Positions 15,358 to 23,915 of a stretch of 52,079 nucleotides of DNA are shown here, piece after piece. Each line of letters starts with the position of its first letter. Position 1 is the first letter of the stretch. The stretch spans positions 1-52,079 of the IMG/VR virus record IMGVR_UViG_3300042468_001294. One strand, written 5' to 3'. Source of the DNA: a virus. Lineage: Duplodnaviria; Caudoviricetes. The position numbers were made by a program, and so were the translations under genes. The notes under the pieces are model-generated. The model was not told where the DNA came from. It was given only the letters and a program-made list of their open reading frames with translations, and ran no database searches.

Positions 15358-15606
15358 TCAGAATTTGACGTTGTAAACAAAGAACCCCTGCCCGCGACAG
15401 GAATACATCACGATGACGAAAATATTCTTGGCGGGGCTAACACTGGAGTGCATCCCCCATTGCGTAGGATCCTCACCAATTTCTCGGCAAACTGCTGCGT
15501 GGACACCAACAGCGATCGATGGGGTTTCGACCGGAAGATAGTGACTTTGTGTGGTGTTCATCGCTGAATCCCACACCGTGATGTACGCCCAAGCGGTTGT
15601 AGTCAT
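15358..15606 (-). CDS. Hypothetical protein (MTTTAWAY...)
   Basis: ATGA overlap with the upstream HTH gene. Confidence 0.55.
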   Translation of the reverse strand: MTTTAWAYITVWDSAMNTTQSHYLPVETPSIAVGVHAAVCREIGEDPTQWGMHSSVSPAKNIFVIVMYSCRGQGFFVYNVKF

Positions 15607-16016
15607 ACCAATCCCGATCTTGCAGTAAGGTGGCTGAACGGAGTGCGGGGACCCGGATCGGCTCGACGGGCTCGACGTCTTGCGTTGATCATCGCACGAT
15701 TCTTCTCGCGGTACGCTGCCTGCTTCTCCCGCTCGCTCATCTTCTTCGGTTTCTTGATGTCCCGGACATGTGCACTTAGTACATAACCGTACATCGGTGC
15801 CCAATCACCGCCGTTTTCCCGCTCAGCCCGTTGCCAACCACAGATGTAGGCCAAACCTTTTTCGCGCCACAACCGGATGTGCATCAAAATGTTGCGCTTG
15901 CTGATCCCCACTGCTTGCGCAAGTTCATTCGCTGTCAAACCCTCGGGGTTCTCCTTCAAAGCTTTGAGGCCCATGAAGTAGTTGGGGGTCAAATGCCGTT
16001 CTCGTCCCATCTGCAA
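15603..16016 (-). CDS. Helix-turn-helix DNA-binding protein
   Basis: GLTANELAQAVGISKRNILMHIR; basic C-terminus. Confidence 0.75.
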   Translation of the reverse strand: MQMGRERHLTPNYFMGLKALKENPEGLTANELAQAVGISKRNILMHIRLWREKGLAYICGWQRAERENGGDWAPMYGYVLSAHVRDIKKPKKMSEREKQAAYREKNRAMINARRRARRADPGPRTPFSHLTARSGLV

Positions 16017-16561
16017 ATCTCCTGTCTAATCTCGTTAATCACTCGGTGCCAATCGAAATGTGGGTGTCGCGTTTTGGCCGATTCTATCTGGTCGTCGATC
16101 TTTTTGTCAATGAGTCGCTTCACCTCGCTTGCGTGGCCGCCCATTCCCTCGACCGAAAGAAAGTCGACCGCTTCGATATCGTCAGCCAGCTTCACAATTC
16201 GCAGCGCTATCGGGTAATCCTGCTCGATCTTTCGGTAAAGCTTTCTGGTGGGTTCGTCCAACCAAAGTTCGATGTTGAGCATTAGATCGGGATCACCGGC
16301 ACGCTCCTCGATCATTCTCTTGGTTGGAGTGGCCACATCGCCCGTCATCACCTCGGTCAGGTCGTGAGCAAGCGCCCACTCGATGGCCCTGACTTCTTCG
16401 ATGAGCGACACTTTCAGCCTGGAACAAATCTCCTTTGTGATCAGGTACACACGGTACATGTGCTCCGCGATCGTTTGTTCCCTGGCCACACGTACGATTT
16501 GCCACCGCTTCACGTGGCCCGTACGTAGCTGCTGCTTGAGCGTCAGGCGATTACGGTTCAT
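15989..16561 (-). CDS. datZ: HD-domain dATP triphosphohydrolase
   Basis: VKRW, AEH, HDLTE..GD..TP, KLAD motifs; adjacent to mazZ and purZ. Confidence 0.88.
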   Translation of the reverse strand: MNRNRLTLKQQLRTGHVKRWQIVRVAREQTIAEHMYRVYLITKEICSRLKVSLIEEVRAIEWALAHDLTEVMTGDVATPTKRMIEERAGDPDLMLNIELWLDEPTRKLYRKIEQDYPIALRIVKLADDIEAVDFLSVEGMGGHASEVKRLIDKKIDDQIESAKTRHPHFDWHRVINEIRQEICRWDENGI

Positions 16562-16844
16562 GTTGCAGTGTCCCGGTTGCGGTCACTCGCCACGTTCTGG
16601 CCTTATTTATCTGCATCTTTTCCTTGATCGCGCTTGCCAAATCGACCCCGTGCATGTGGGCCAGATCGAACACCATGATGCAGATGTCCGCGTATTCACC
16701 CGGCGAATGAGGGTCTTTGACCAATTCACCGACTTCCTCAAACAGCTTGAGGAGAGCCGAAGAATTGGTACGATCAGGGAACACTTGATCTGCCCACTCG
16801 ACAATTTCTTGTGTCAGTTCGTCGATGTTCCCTGTGGTATGCAT
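16551..16844 (-). CDS. mazZ: MazG-like (DUF550) (d)GTP/dATP pyrophosphohydrolase
   Basis: W..VF, KLFEEVGEL, EYAD, KMQINKARTW; directly downstream of purZ. Confidence 0.88.
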   Translation of the reverse strand: MHTTGNIDELTQEIVEWADQVFPDRTNSSALLKLFEEVGELVKDPHSPGEYADICIMVFDLAHMHGVDLASAIKEKMQINKARTWRVTATGTLQHEP

Positions 16845-16846
16845 GT

Positions 16847-17887
16847 TCAGACCCCCACCCGGTGGACGTCATGGAAAGTGGGCCCCCGGCCAATCCAATG
16901 CACCGTAGCGCCGCTTTCTTCGTCGATGCGTCGAATCATGTCCCTTACGTGGTTCTCGCAGGACAGATAATTCGTGAAATTCAAAAAAATTTGGTTGACC
17001 CCGCACATTCGCACCGCTTCGGTGACCTGCTGCATCGAGAACGTGAAAATCCGGCGCGGCAACTTGGTCACAGTCGTGAGTTCGACCTCCTGGCCGATCA
17101 TTTCGAAAGTGATCTCCTCTTGGTCCGAATAGGCGGGGCCACTCCAACCCACCTGCTCACCGGCTTCGTTAAACCGATTGGCCACACGAATCGGGTAGGT
17201 GCGAGCCGTGCCGATGACTTCAAGGTCACCAAAGCGGTGCGGGATACCGCAATCCGCCAGTACTTGATTCGTCGATACATCACGGGAAGTGCAGTACGGG
17301 TAGAACCCGTGATACATCGACAGGCTGTAACCCTGTGCACCTTCGATTTGGACATACTCGGAGTCGTCGAGCAACATTGCGTATTGCTGCGGAGTCACGA
17401 CCGTCACCCAATCGAGCACCCGGTGACCACGCAAAGCAAAAGCAGCCGTGTTCATGTCCTCAGGATCGCGCCTGATTCGCTGGATCGCCGCCGCCCCAAC
17501 GCCCTTCTTGGTCGAACCGATCTTGGTCATGGGACCGGCTTCCTCATCCCGGTGTCGTTGGCTGATCACCGCCGCATTTTGATGGACGAAAATGTGAGCA
17601 CCAGCCAGGTAACCGGAGGCTTCCTGGCATTCACGCAAGAGATTATCCGGGTCGATAATGGAGCCCGGGCCAATCAGTATCTGTTTCAGCCCTTTCGACA
17701 CGATACCATTGGCCAACATCGTATGGACGAAGCGGCGACCCGCCGAGTCGATGTAAGTGTGTCCAGCGTTCGCGGCCCATGCCGTAACCAACGTATCCGG
17801 GTTGTTCTGCTCAGCCAGGTAACCTGCCAGCAAACCCTTACCCGTGGACCCGAATTGCAGGTCCATGATCATGTCAATTTTACGCAT
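16847..17887 (-). CDS. purZ: N6-succino-2-amino-2'-deoxyadenylate synthase
   Basis: PurA fold with the PurZ substitutions QFGSTGKG (Ser for the catalytic Asp), YPIRV, TTVTKLPRR (Leu for Arg) and LNFTN in place of the GTP-binding TKxD. Confidence 0.95.
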   Translation of the reverse strand: MRKIDMIMDLQFGSTGKGLLAGYLAEQNNPDTLVTAWAANAGHTYIDSAGRRFVHTMLANGIVSKGLKQILIGPGSIIDPDNLLRECQEASGYLAGAHIFVHQNAAVISQRHRDEEAGPMTKIGSTKKGVGAAAIQRIRRDPEDMNTAAFALRGHRVLDWVTVVTPQQYAMLLDDSEYVQIEGAQGYSLSMYHGFYPYCTSRDVSTNQVLADCGIPHRFGDLEVIGTARTYPIRVANRFNEAGEQVGWSGPAYSDQEEITFEMIGQEVELTTVTKLPRRIFTFSMQQVTEAVRMCGVNQIFLNFTNYLSCENHVRDMIRRIDEESGATVHWIGRGPTFHDVHRVGV

Positions 17888-17913
17888 TTTGAGTCTATCT
17901 CCTATGAAAGAAA

Positions 17914-18171
17914 CTACGATTTTAACACGTCACCAGACGCGCTGGCAATCTGCGCTTTCCACTCCTCGACCAAGCGACTCAATCGGCCACTTGTCGTGAT
18001 GATCTTCGGGTCGAGCATATGGAACTGCCCGATCAAAATCTCGCCCTTTTTGTGATTCATGATTCGGAAGGCTTCCAGCCCTTTGCCTGAACTCCCTACC
18101 GTGTAACCCCTCTTTTGGGCCCAAAGTAAGAACGAACCGCGCATATGGGCCGCGAATTCATGACGCTTCAT
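17914..18171 (-). CDS. Hypothetical protein (MKRHEF...)
   Basis: ATGA overlap, GAGG SD. Confidence 0.6.
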   Translation of the reverse strand: MKRHEFAAHMRGSFLLWAQKRGYTVGSSGKGLEAFRIMNHKKGEILIGQFHMLDPKIITTSGRLSRLVEEWKAQIASASGDVLKS

Positions 18172-18578
18172 GGTTTCACCTCTTCGCAAACGACACCTGC
18201 CTTGTTCAAGAAATCGACACCATCTGTGTTGTGGTACGCGTCCCGGTAGTACACTTTTCGGATATTAGCTCCGAGCACCCGTTTCGCGCACTCTATGCAG
18301 GGTGCCGTGGTCACAAACATCACCGCATTTTCACTCGAAACGGTGCTGCGCGTGATCTTGTCCAACGCGTTTTGTTCAGCGTGGATGACCTCGGGCCTGG
18401 TTTTGTTCCAGTCATCTTCGCAATCATTATCCCAGCCGGGTGGGGTGCCGTTGTAACCGATACCGATGATGGTGTCATACTTTACGATAACACACCCAAC
18501 TTTTCGTCGCTCCGCATAACTGAGTTCCGCGTAAATCTCGGCCACTTTCATGTGGGCTTTGATGAATTTCGTTTTCAT
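18168..18578 (-). CDS. dCMP deaminase
   Basis: VGCVI, GYNG, HAEQNA, PCIEC; AGGAG SD. Confidence 0.92.
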   Translation of the reverse strand: MKTKFIKAHMKVAEIYAELSYAERRKVGCVIVKYDTIIGIGYNGTPPGWDNDCEDDWNKTRPEVIHAEQNALDKITRSTVSSENAVMFVTTAPCIECAKRVLGANIRKVYYRDAYHNTDGVDFLNKAGVVCEEVKP

Positions 18579-18724
18579 ATCAATGCTTCTCCTACGGTTT
18601 TCTTAGCTTCTTTGTATTTCGAGTCCAGCCGGGGACCGGGGTTGAAATACATTTTCCCTTTTTCCTGGTAGAACAAAAACGGCCAATTCGGTCGTTTCTT
18701 GGTTTCTACTTGCTGGCCGTCCAC
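18575..18724 (-). CDS. 49-aa hypothetical protein (…KRPNWPF…GEALI), not in the ORF track
   Basis: Fills the gap between polymerase and deaminase; ATGA overlap. Confidence 0.45.
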   Translation of the reverse strand: MDGQQVETKKRPNWPFLFYQEKGKMYFNPGPRLDSKYKEAKKTVGEALI

Positions 18725-20544
18725 CAATTTGGTCCGCATCCTTGATCCGTTCTGATTGGTACTCTAAACTTTATCGGCGTCGTCGCGCCACTGAAATCGG
18801 TCACGATTCGAGTGATCTCGGGTTTGATGTCCGGGCTGTCCAGCGGCACCGAGGTATCGAATTCGTCGTGCACATTCAAAAGCAGCCGTGCACCGCAATC
18901 CTGTTCCTTCAAAAACCGGTGCAATTCGATCAATTTCACTTTCAGAGCATCCGCCGCTGATCCCTGGAAAATCAAGCCACCTGCTTTGTGCGTGAACTGG
19001 CCCCGGGGGAAACGGATGTGCCTGCCCATAATGGTGCGCACATGCCCTCTCGATTTTGCTACGCTCGACGCATTCTTCAAAAGGTCCTGTACTCCGGGGA
19101 TAGCTGCGTGGTATTTATTGAACACTTCGACGGCCTGATCACCCGGCTTGAGCCACTGCTTTTTGCCATCGTCACTTGATTCGACAGTGTAGGGTAGGCC
19201 CATTTCGGCAGCGAGCTTGCCCTGCCCCATACCGAACACGAGCCCTAGGTTAATCTGCTTTGCATTCGGATCCCCCGCGAACCGGGGCGAGCGAGGTAAC
19301 CCCGTCAAATCCGCCGCCAGTCGGTGGAAATCCGTGTCCGGGTCCGTTTCGTACATCTTCAGGATACGCTCGTCGTTCACGTAGTGAGCAAACACCCGAA
19401 AGTCCATCTGCGACCAGTCGTTGCAAACCCATTCACTTCGATCATCAGGCAAAAACAAAGCCCGGACAACCGATGCAATACCGGCGTCACGCTTGTGGAT
19501 TTGCTGCAGCGCTGGCGCATTGACCGACAGTCGACCCGTACCAGTGCCGAGATCGTTGTCGGATTTAGTCTGGTTGAAATTCGCGTGGATCACCCCGTTG
19601 TGGTGGTGTCCGAGAATATGGCCTTTGAGGAACGTATCCCTCGTCTTGATCAGCTTTCGCAGATTCAGAATCAAGGCAGCCGCTGGGTCCTTCATCGATC
19701 GCAAAGCGTCGGAATCGATACTCGGAGCACCAGCGGGGGTAGCAGCCACACGGGTTCCGTCGCGCACCACCCAATTACCCGACTCGTCCTTCTTTGGCTT
19801 AAACAATTCCTTGATCGAGTTCGACGGGTTGGGATTCACCTCAAAACCGGCGAGTTGATTCAGATCGTACTGAGCCTGCTTAGTCGCGTGGTCAATATCC
19901 TTCACCGCGAGTTCTGCTGCTTCGATATCGATCGCGACACCGCCGTGTTCCATATCGACCAACACAGGGAGCAATTCTCGCTCAAGTTCAGCCACCACGT
20001 GCAGGCCCTGCTTTTCGATCTCAGCCCGTTGCCACTGCCAGAGCTTCAGCGTAGTCCGAGTGTCCTGCTTCGCATACCTGCCAACCAGCGATTTCGGTGC
20101 TCGCGGTAAATTGGCGATTTGGCCGTTTTTCGTCGGGCGACCACCGAACAACTCCGCTAAATCCTGCCAGATATCCGAGTCCTTGCCCTGACCCAGGTAC
20201 TTCTTGCCCAGCGTATCGAGGTCGTAAGACAGCAGGTGTTCGTCGATCAATGCTGCCCGCACCATAGTGTCGTCCACCCGATCGGCGGGGAATCGAATAC
20301 CGATCTCGCGACACATATGCCAATCAAACTTGGCGTTATGGCAGATGACGAGGTTACACCGGGGCACTTGATCACGTAGGTACTCCACCGCGTGTGGGTC
20401 CCGGCGAATGTCCCAGTAGTAATCCTCGCCATCGGGAGTAGAGACAGAAACCCCGAAAACGCGATCCGACCACCACTTCAGTCCTGTTGTCTCGGTATCT
20501 AAAGCCAAGTATTCAAATCGCGTCAGATCGGGGTACATGCTCAT
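18706..20544 (-). CDS. dpoZ: Family A DNA polymerase with 3'-5' exonuclease, DpoZ type
   Basis: DTETTGL, HNAKFD, TGRLS, DWSQMDFR, AKQINLGLVFG (L/F for canonical F/Y), KAGGLIFQGSAAD (Gly for canonical Asn), VHDE; linked to purZ. Confidence 0.88.
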   Translation of the reverse strand: MSMYPDLTRFEYLALDTETTGLKWWSDRVFGVSVSTPDGEDYYWDIRRDPHAVEYLRDQVPRCNLVICHNAKFDWHMCREIGIRFPADRVDDTMVRAALIDEHLLSYDLDTLGKKYLGQGKDSDIWQDLAELFGGRPTKNGQIANLPRAPKSLVGRYAKQDTRTTLKLWQWQRAEIEKQGLHVVAELERELLPVLVDMEHGGVAIDIEAAELAVKDIDHATKQAQYDLNQLAGFEVNPNPSNSIKELFKPKKDESGNWVVRDGTRVAATPAGAPSIDSDALRSMKDPAAALILNLRKLIKTRDTFLKGHILGHHHNGVIHANFNQTKSDNDLGTGTGRLSVNAPALQQIHKRDAGIASVVRALFLPDDRSEWVCNDWSQMDFRVFAHYVNDERILKMYETDPDTDFHRLAADLTGLPRSPRFAGDPNAKQINLGLVFGMGQGKLAAEMGLPYTVESSDDGKKQWLKPGDQAVEVFNKYHAAIPGVQDLLKNASSVAKSRGHVRTIMGRHIRFPRGQFTHKAGGLIFQGSAADALKVKLIELHRFLKEQDCGARLLLNVHDEFDTSVPLDSPDIKPEITRIVTDFSGATTPIKFRVPIRTDQGCGPNWWTASK

Positions 20545-20550
20545 ATTCTA

Positions 20551-20808
20551 TCAGAACGGGATGTCGTCGTCAAATGTGTCGTTCGAAGTTGTGTGTTGCT
20601 GCGGTCGAGACTGCTGCGGCTGCTGGGCATCCTTCTTGGTGAAACTCATCGAGAAGAATTTGCCGTGGGGACCGTCCTTGATCCAGGCACCAATCCAGTA
20701 CTCCACCCCGTCGATGATGGCCTGGCCCCGGTGATCGGGGTGATTGGGTTGCTGCTTGCGGTCGTTCCGGTTGAGAGTGCCGGAATTATCTCGTCTTTCA
20801 TATGCCAT
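20551..20808 (-). CDS. Small SSB-like protein with DDDIPF tail
   Basis: PDHRG..IDGVEYWIGAW beta core; bacterial SSB-type C-terminal tip. Confidence 0.65.
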   Translation of the reverse strand: MAYERRDNSGTLNRNDRKQQPNHPDHRGQAIIDGVEYWIGAWIKDGPHGKFFSMSFTKKDAQQPQQSRPQQHTTSNDTFDDDIPF

Positions 20809-22216
20809 ATGCCATATCCCCTTCTAGGATATCTAGTGTTTGTCTTGATCGCGTCACACCGACATACCAAACGCGGGCTTCGGCGTCTGGATTCTTGTCG
20901 ATATCATTCCATGTCTTTGCAGTTAGTCCTGTGTTCAATACTACGTGGTCGGCCTCCCTTCCTTTTGCTGCGTGAATTGTGGACAAACGGATCGTTGGCT
21001 CGACAGTCAAGTCAGCGTCCCGGTAAAAATCCACCAACGTCGGTGGAATCAGAAGTGATCGCATGAATCCACGCCTCAACATCGGCGTAAACTCCTTGAG
21101 GTCGATTTCGCGGCGTGTCCGGTCGTCAGCCACCGCGTAAATCTTGTTCAGATCCGTCTTCGTGATCGCATCGCCCGCCTGGAATCGAACAAACGCCCGG
21201 ATGCCATGTGCGATCCGAGAATCAAACAGACCCGGCATCCCACCATCATTTTTATAGGGAATCCTGCGCCTGATGAGTTCGTCTTCTAACTCTTTGCGGG
21301 TTACATAATTGCGACACAAAATCATGACATCCTCACCCGGCTTGAACGATGTCGGGTCGAAATGTGACATTCTGCGGATCAAACCCTGCTCGTTCCGGGG
21401 CTTGTATTCCTTTTCCACTCGATTCGCGATCCGGCTGGTGATCTCCATTGCCTTTGTGTGGATCGCCACCGGCACCCGCCACGATTGGCTCAAAATTGTG
21501 CGGTGCGCCTCATATCGCTCTTCGAACTGAGCCATGCCATGAGTGTTCGCACCCGACCATTCGTAAATCGCTTGGTCATCGTCCCCTGCGATATGTACTT
21601 CCTGCACACGTTTGAATTTCAACATGTCGTCGATCACCATCCACTGGAGATTCGAGAGATCCTGTGCTTCGTCGATGAACAGCACACTAGCTCCGTGGTC
21701 GCTGGGCTGCTGCACATACCTGACCAACATGTCGTTGAAATCAACGTAACCGTTTTGCAGCTTGAATTCGCGATACGCACGGCAAAAGAATTCGAACCCA
21801 TTCCAATCACCTGGGCGATCCGATTCGTGGTACTCTTCCTTCAAACTCGTCTGCCGATTCACCGCTTTCGACAGAATGTTCATGTACTGGTCACCCAACT
21901 CCATCTGCTCACCGGTGTCGTTGACCATTCCACGAAAAATGAAACCAGTCTTCTCGCCAAACTTCTTGAGTTTGTGGGTGTCGATCACGGCAGGGACACT
22001 ACACCTCGTCAGCCTGAACATCAACGAATGGATCGTCGAAATCTTCTCAGACTTCGTGATATTCAACCGCTTGAGAGCTTCAGCCGCCGCCGCCTTAGTG
22101 AACGACAAGAAGCTGATGTTTTCGGCACCATACACCGCTTTCGCCTGCTCCAAACGGTTGAGCATTTCGGTGGTCTTACCACACCCCGGGGGGCCGTAGA
22201 TCGCATGTGTTTGCAT
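20798..22216 (-). CDS. SF1 UvrD/Rep-like helicase
   Basis: GPPGCGKT, SFT, TIHS, DEAQD, GDDDQAIY, STIHAAKGRE, YVGVTR. Confidence 0.92.
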   Translation of the reverse strand: MQTHAIYGPPGCGKTTEMLNRLEQAKAVYGAENISFLSFTKAAAAEALKRLNITKSEKISTIHSLMFRLTRCSVPAVIDTHKLKKFGEKTGFIFRGMVNDTGEQMELGDQYMNILSKAVNRQTSLKEEYHESDRPGDWNGFEFFCRAYREFKLQNGYVDFNDMLVRYVQQPSDHGASVLFIDEAQDLSNLQWMVIDDMLKFKRVQEVHIAGDDDQAIYEWSGANTHGMAQFEERYEAHRTILSQSWRVPVAIHTKAMEITSRIANRVEKEYKPRNEQGLIRRMSHFDPTSFKPGEDVMILCRNYVTRKELEDELIRRRIPYKNDGGMPGLFDSRIAHGIRAFVRFQAGDAITKTDLNKIYAVADDRTRREIDLKEFTPMLRRGFMRSLLIPPTLVDFYRDADLTVEPTIRLSTIHAAKGREADHVVLNTGLTAKTWNDIDKNPDAEARVWYVGVTRSRQTLDILEGDMAYGI

Positions 22217-22229
22217 ATATTCTCTAATC

Positions 22230-22262
22230 AAAAGCGGGGAACGACATGCAGCCGTCCCCCGC
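22230..22262 (-). terminator. Rho-independent terminator
   Basis: GCGGGGGACGGC-TGCAT-GTCGTTCCCCGC-TTTT on the minus strand. Confidence 0.7.
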
Positions 22263-22280
22263 CTACCACTAACCGATGAA

Positions 22281-23033
22281 TCAGTATTCGCCAGAGCCAC
22301 CGGCAGCCGGTTCATCAGTACGGCGATCGATCGAGACGGTGCCGTCCTTGATCGCTTCGTACAGGCTCTCAGCCTTCTTGTACAACTCCTGTGTGGGGAA
22401 ACCGGCAGGAGCCACAGTCAGGTTGAAGTAGTCCTGATTCTTGCTGTTCTTCTCCGAGGTCGTACCGATCTTGTAGACTCGGCTGAACGAGTCACCCTCG
22501 TTCATGCGGATCAGGGAGTTCAGCTTGCGGGACACCTTCATCTTCGACTTGTTCATCGAAATGACGATTTCCTCCACCCGACCATCAGAGTTGATAAGTA
22601 GGCAGAAATGCTGCGCGGTGTCGGTCACCTCGCACTTATCGCCGTCCTCCAGGCTCTCCAGCGCCACTTCAGCCGCATCCTGGGTGGCGAAGGCTCCCCG
22701 GAAACCGCCGCCCTCGATGCGGTGCTTCCAGATCAACCATTCCTTGCGGAAGTAGACCGGGACGACCAGGATTTCGTTGCCGTAAAGCTGGCGAGTGACG
22801 TTGTTGTACAACATCCCCTCTTCGCACCCGGGAATGTAACTCGGGTCCGCCTTCTTGCGGCAGGGGCTGAGGTCCTGCACCAACTCCAGGCGGGGAATGA
22901 CCAGATCAGCGGCACCGACGTTCTCGGAGCCCCGTCCACCGGTCTGCCCCTTCAGAAAGTCCGGAATCGCGTCCGAAACCATCATCATCGGGTTGGTGGT
23001 CTGCACTGCAGTCGTTTGATTCTTGGTAGCCAT
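22281..23033 (-). CDS. Conserved phage replication protein, probable ssDNA-binding protein
   Basis: G.ENV...DLVIPRLELVQ.LSP motif; acidic tail ending in Tyr; replication context. Confidence 0.6.
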   Translation of the reverse strand: MATKNQTTAVQTTNPMMMVSDAIPDFLKGQTGGRGSENVGAADLVIPRLELVQDLSPCRKKADPSYIPGCEEGMLYNNVTRQLYGNEILVVPVYFRKEWLIWKHRIEGGGFRGAFATQDAAEVALESLEDGDKCEVTDTAQHFCLLINSDGRVEEIVISMNKSKMKVSRKLNSLIRMNEGDSFSRVYKIGTTSEKNSKNQDYFNLTVAPAGFPTQELYKKAESLYEAIKDGTVSIDRRTDEPAAGGSGEY

Positions 23034-23087
23034 GATGAAAAATTACCTTTCAAAGTTCTAGCCCTAGCGCAGGGACCATGCGACTCC

Positions 23088-23528
23088 TCAGCGCTTCGTG
23101 ATAGAAGCTCTGGTGAATGGGGTTACCTTGATCAAATCCTCGGGGAATGTCTCACCCGACCTGATCATGGCTTTAACTGTGGCCTTCAGCGTGGAAGGGT
23201 TGATCGACTCAGTGATGAGGCTCGCCTTGCCGAGATCCCGGAAATACCGGTTCACGAGTTCACGGTGCTCAGCCAACACCCGCACGTACATATCGCCCGT
23301 GAGCGAAACACGACCGACGCCCTCAACGCGAATGCTGTCGATGCCTTCCTGCTCCATCAACTTCGGCACCAAATTGTGGCGCAAGAAGTCGTACTCTTTG
23401 TTGAGTTCCGTCAACCGCTTGTCCAGGTCGTCGATCACCTCGCGCATGTTGTCCATTGCGCGAATGGTGTCTATCGCCTTTTGACCGGCGTACTTCTCGT
23501 CGTAGATGGAAACTTGGGACTCGTTCAT
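23088..23528 (-). CDS. Conserved replication-module protein (coiled N-terminus, NPSTLKATVK)
   Basis: Operon position and codon bias. Confidence 0.7.
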   Translation of the reverse strand: MNESQVSIYDEKYAGQKAIDTIRAMDNMREVIDDLDKRLTELNKEYDFLRHNLVPKLMEQEGIDSIRVEGVGRVSLTGDMYVRVLAEHRELVNRYFRDLGKASLITESINPSTLKATVKAMIRSGETFPEDLIKVTPFTRASITKR

Positions 23529-23530
23529 GA

Positions 23531-23860
23531 TTAGACCTTTTTGACGGAAAGAATGAGGTGCTGGTAAAAGTGATCGCGGTTGCTCCACCGAAGAACATTC
23601 AGCGTATCCGTGATCTCCCGCAACAGCATGAACACAATGCCCGACACCACGGGGGAGCCGGACATTACAACGTAGTCGACCGCAGGGTCGAACTTGCGCA
23701 GTTTCGTTCTGACTTCATCGATCAAACGCTCGTTGTTCAACGAATTGCGGATCGGGCTGAAATCACCTCTCGTCAAGAAAATCACCTCTCCAAACTCCTC
23801 AGCGGGGAGGTAGTTCAAATTCGGATTCTCTTGCGTGATGTATACCTTTTTCGTCGTCAT
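23531..23860 (-). CDS. Conserved hypothetical protein
   Basis: GAGGATAG SD downstream of a promoter. Confidence 0.75.
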   Translation of the reverse strand: MTTKKVYITQENPNLNYLPAEEFGEVIFLTRGDFSPIRNSLNNERLIDEVRTKLRKFDPAVDYVVMSGSPVVSGIVFMLLREITDTLNVLRWSNRDHFYQHLILSVKKV

Positions 23861-23886
23861 CCCAGGTCTATCCTCTAAAAACCTCG

Positions 23887-23915
23887 AGTGTACCATAGCG
23901 CTGCGCTCCTGTCAA
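23887..23915 (-). promoter_or_regulatory. sigma70 promoter TTGACA-17-TACACT, extended -10
   Basis: Consensus match heading the SSB/polymerase/Z operon. Confidence 0.75.

Noticed and set aside
16847-17887. Ordinary adenylosuccinate synthetase (purA) or PurZ0
   Set aside because: Catalytic Asp is replaced by Ser, the TKxD GTP motif is absent, and mazZ/datZ are adjacent.
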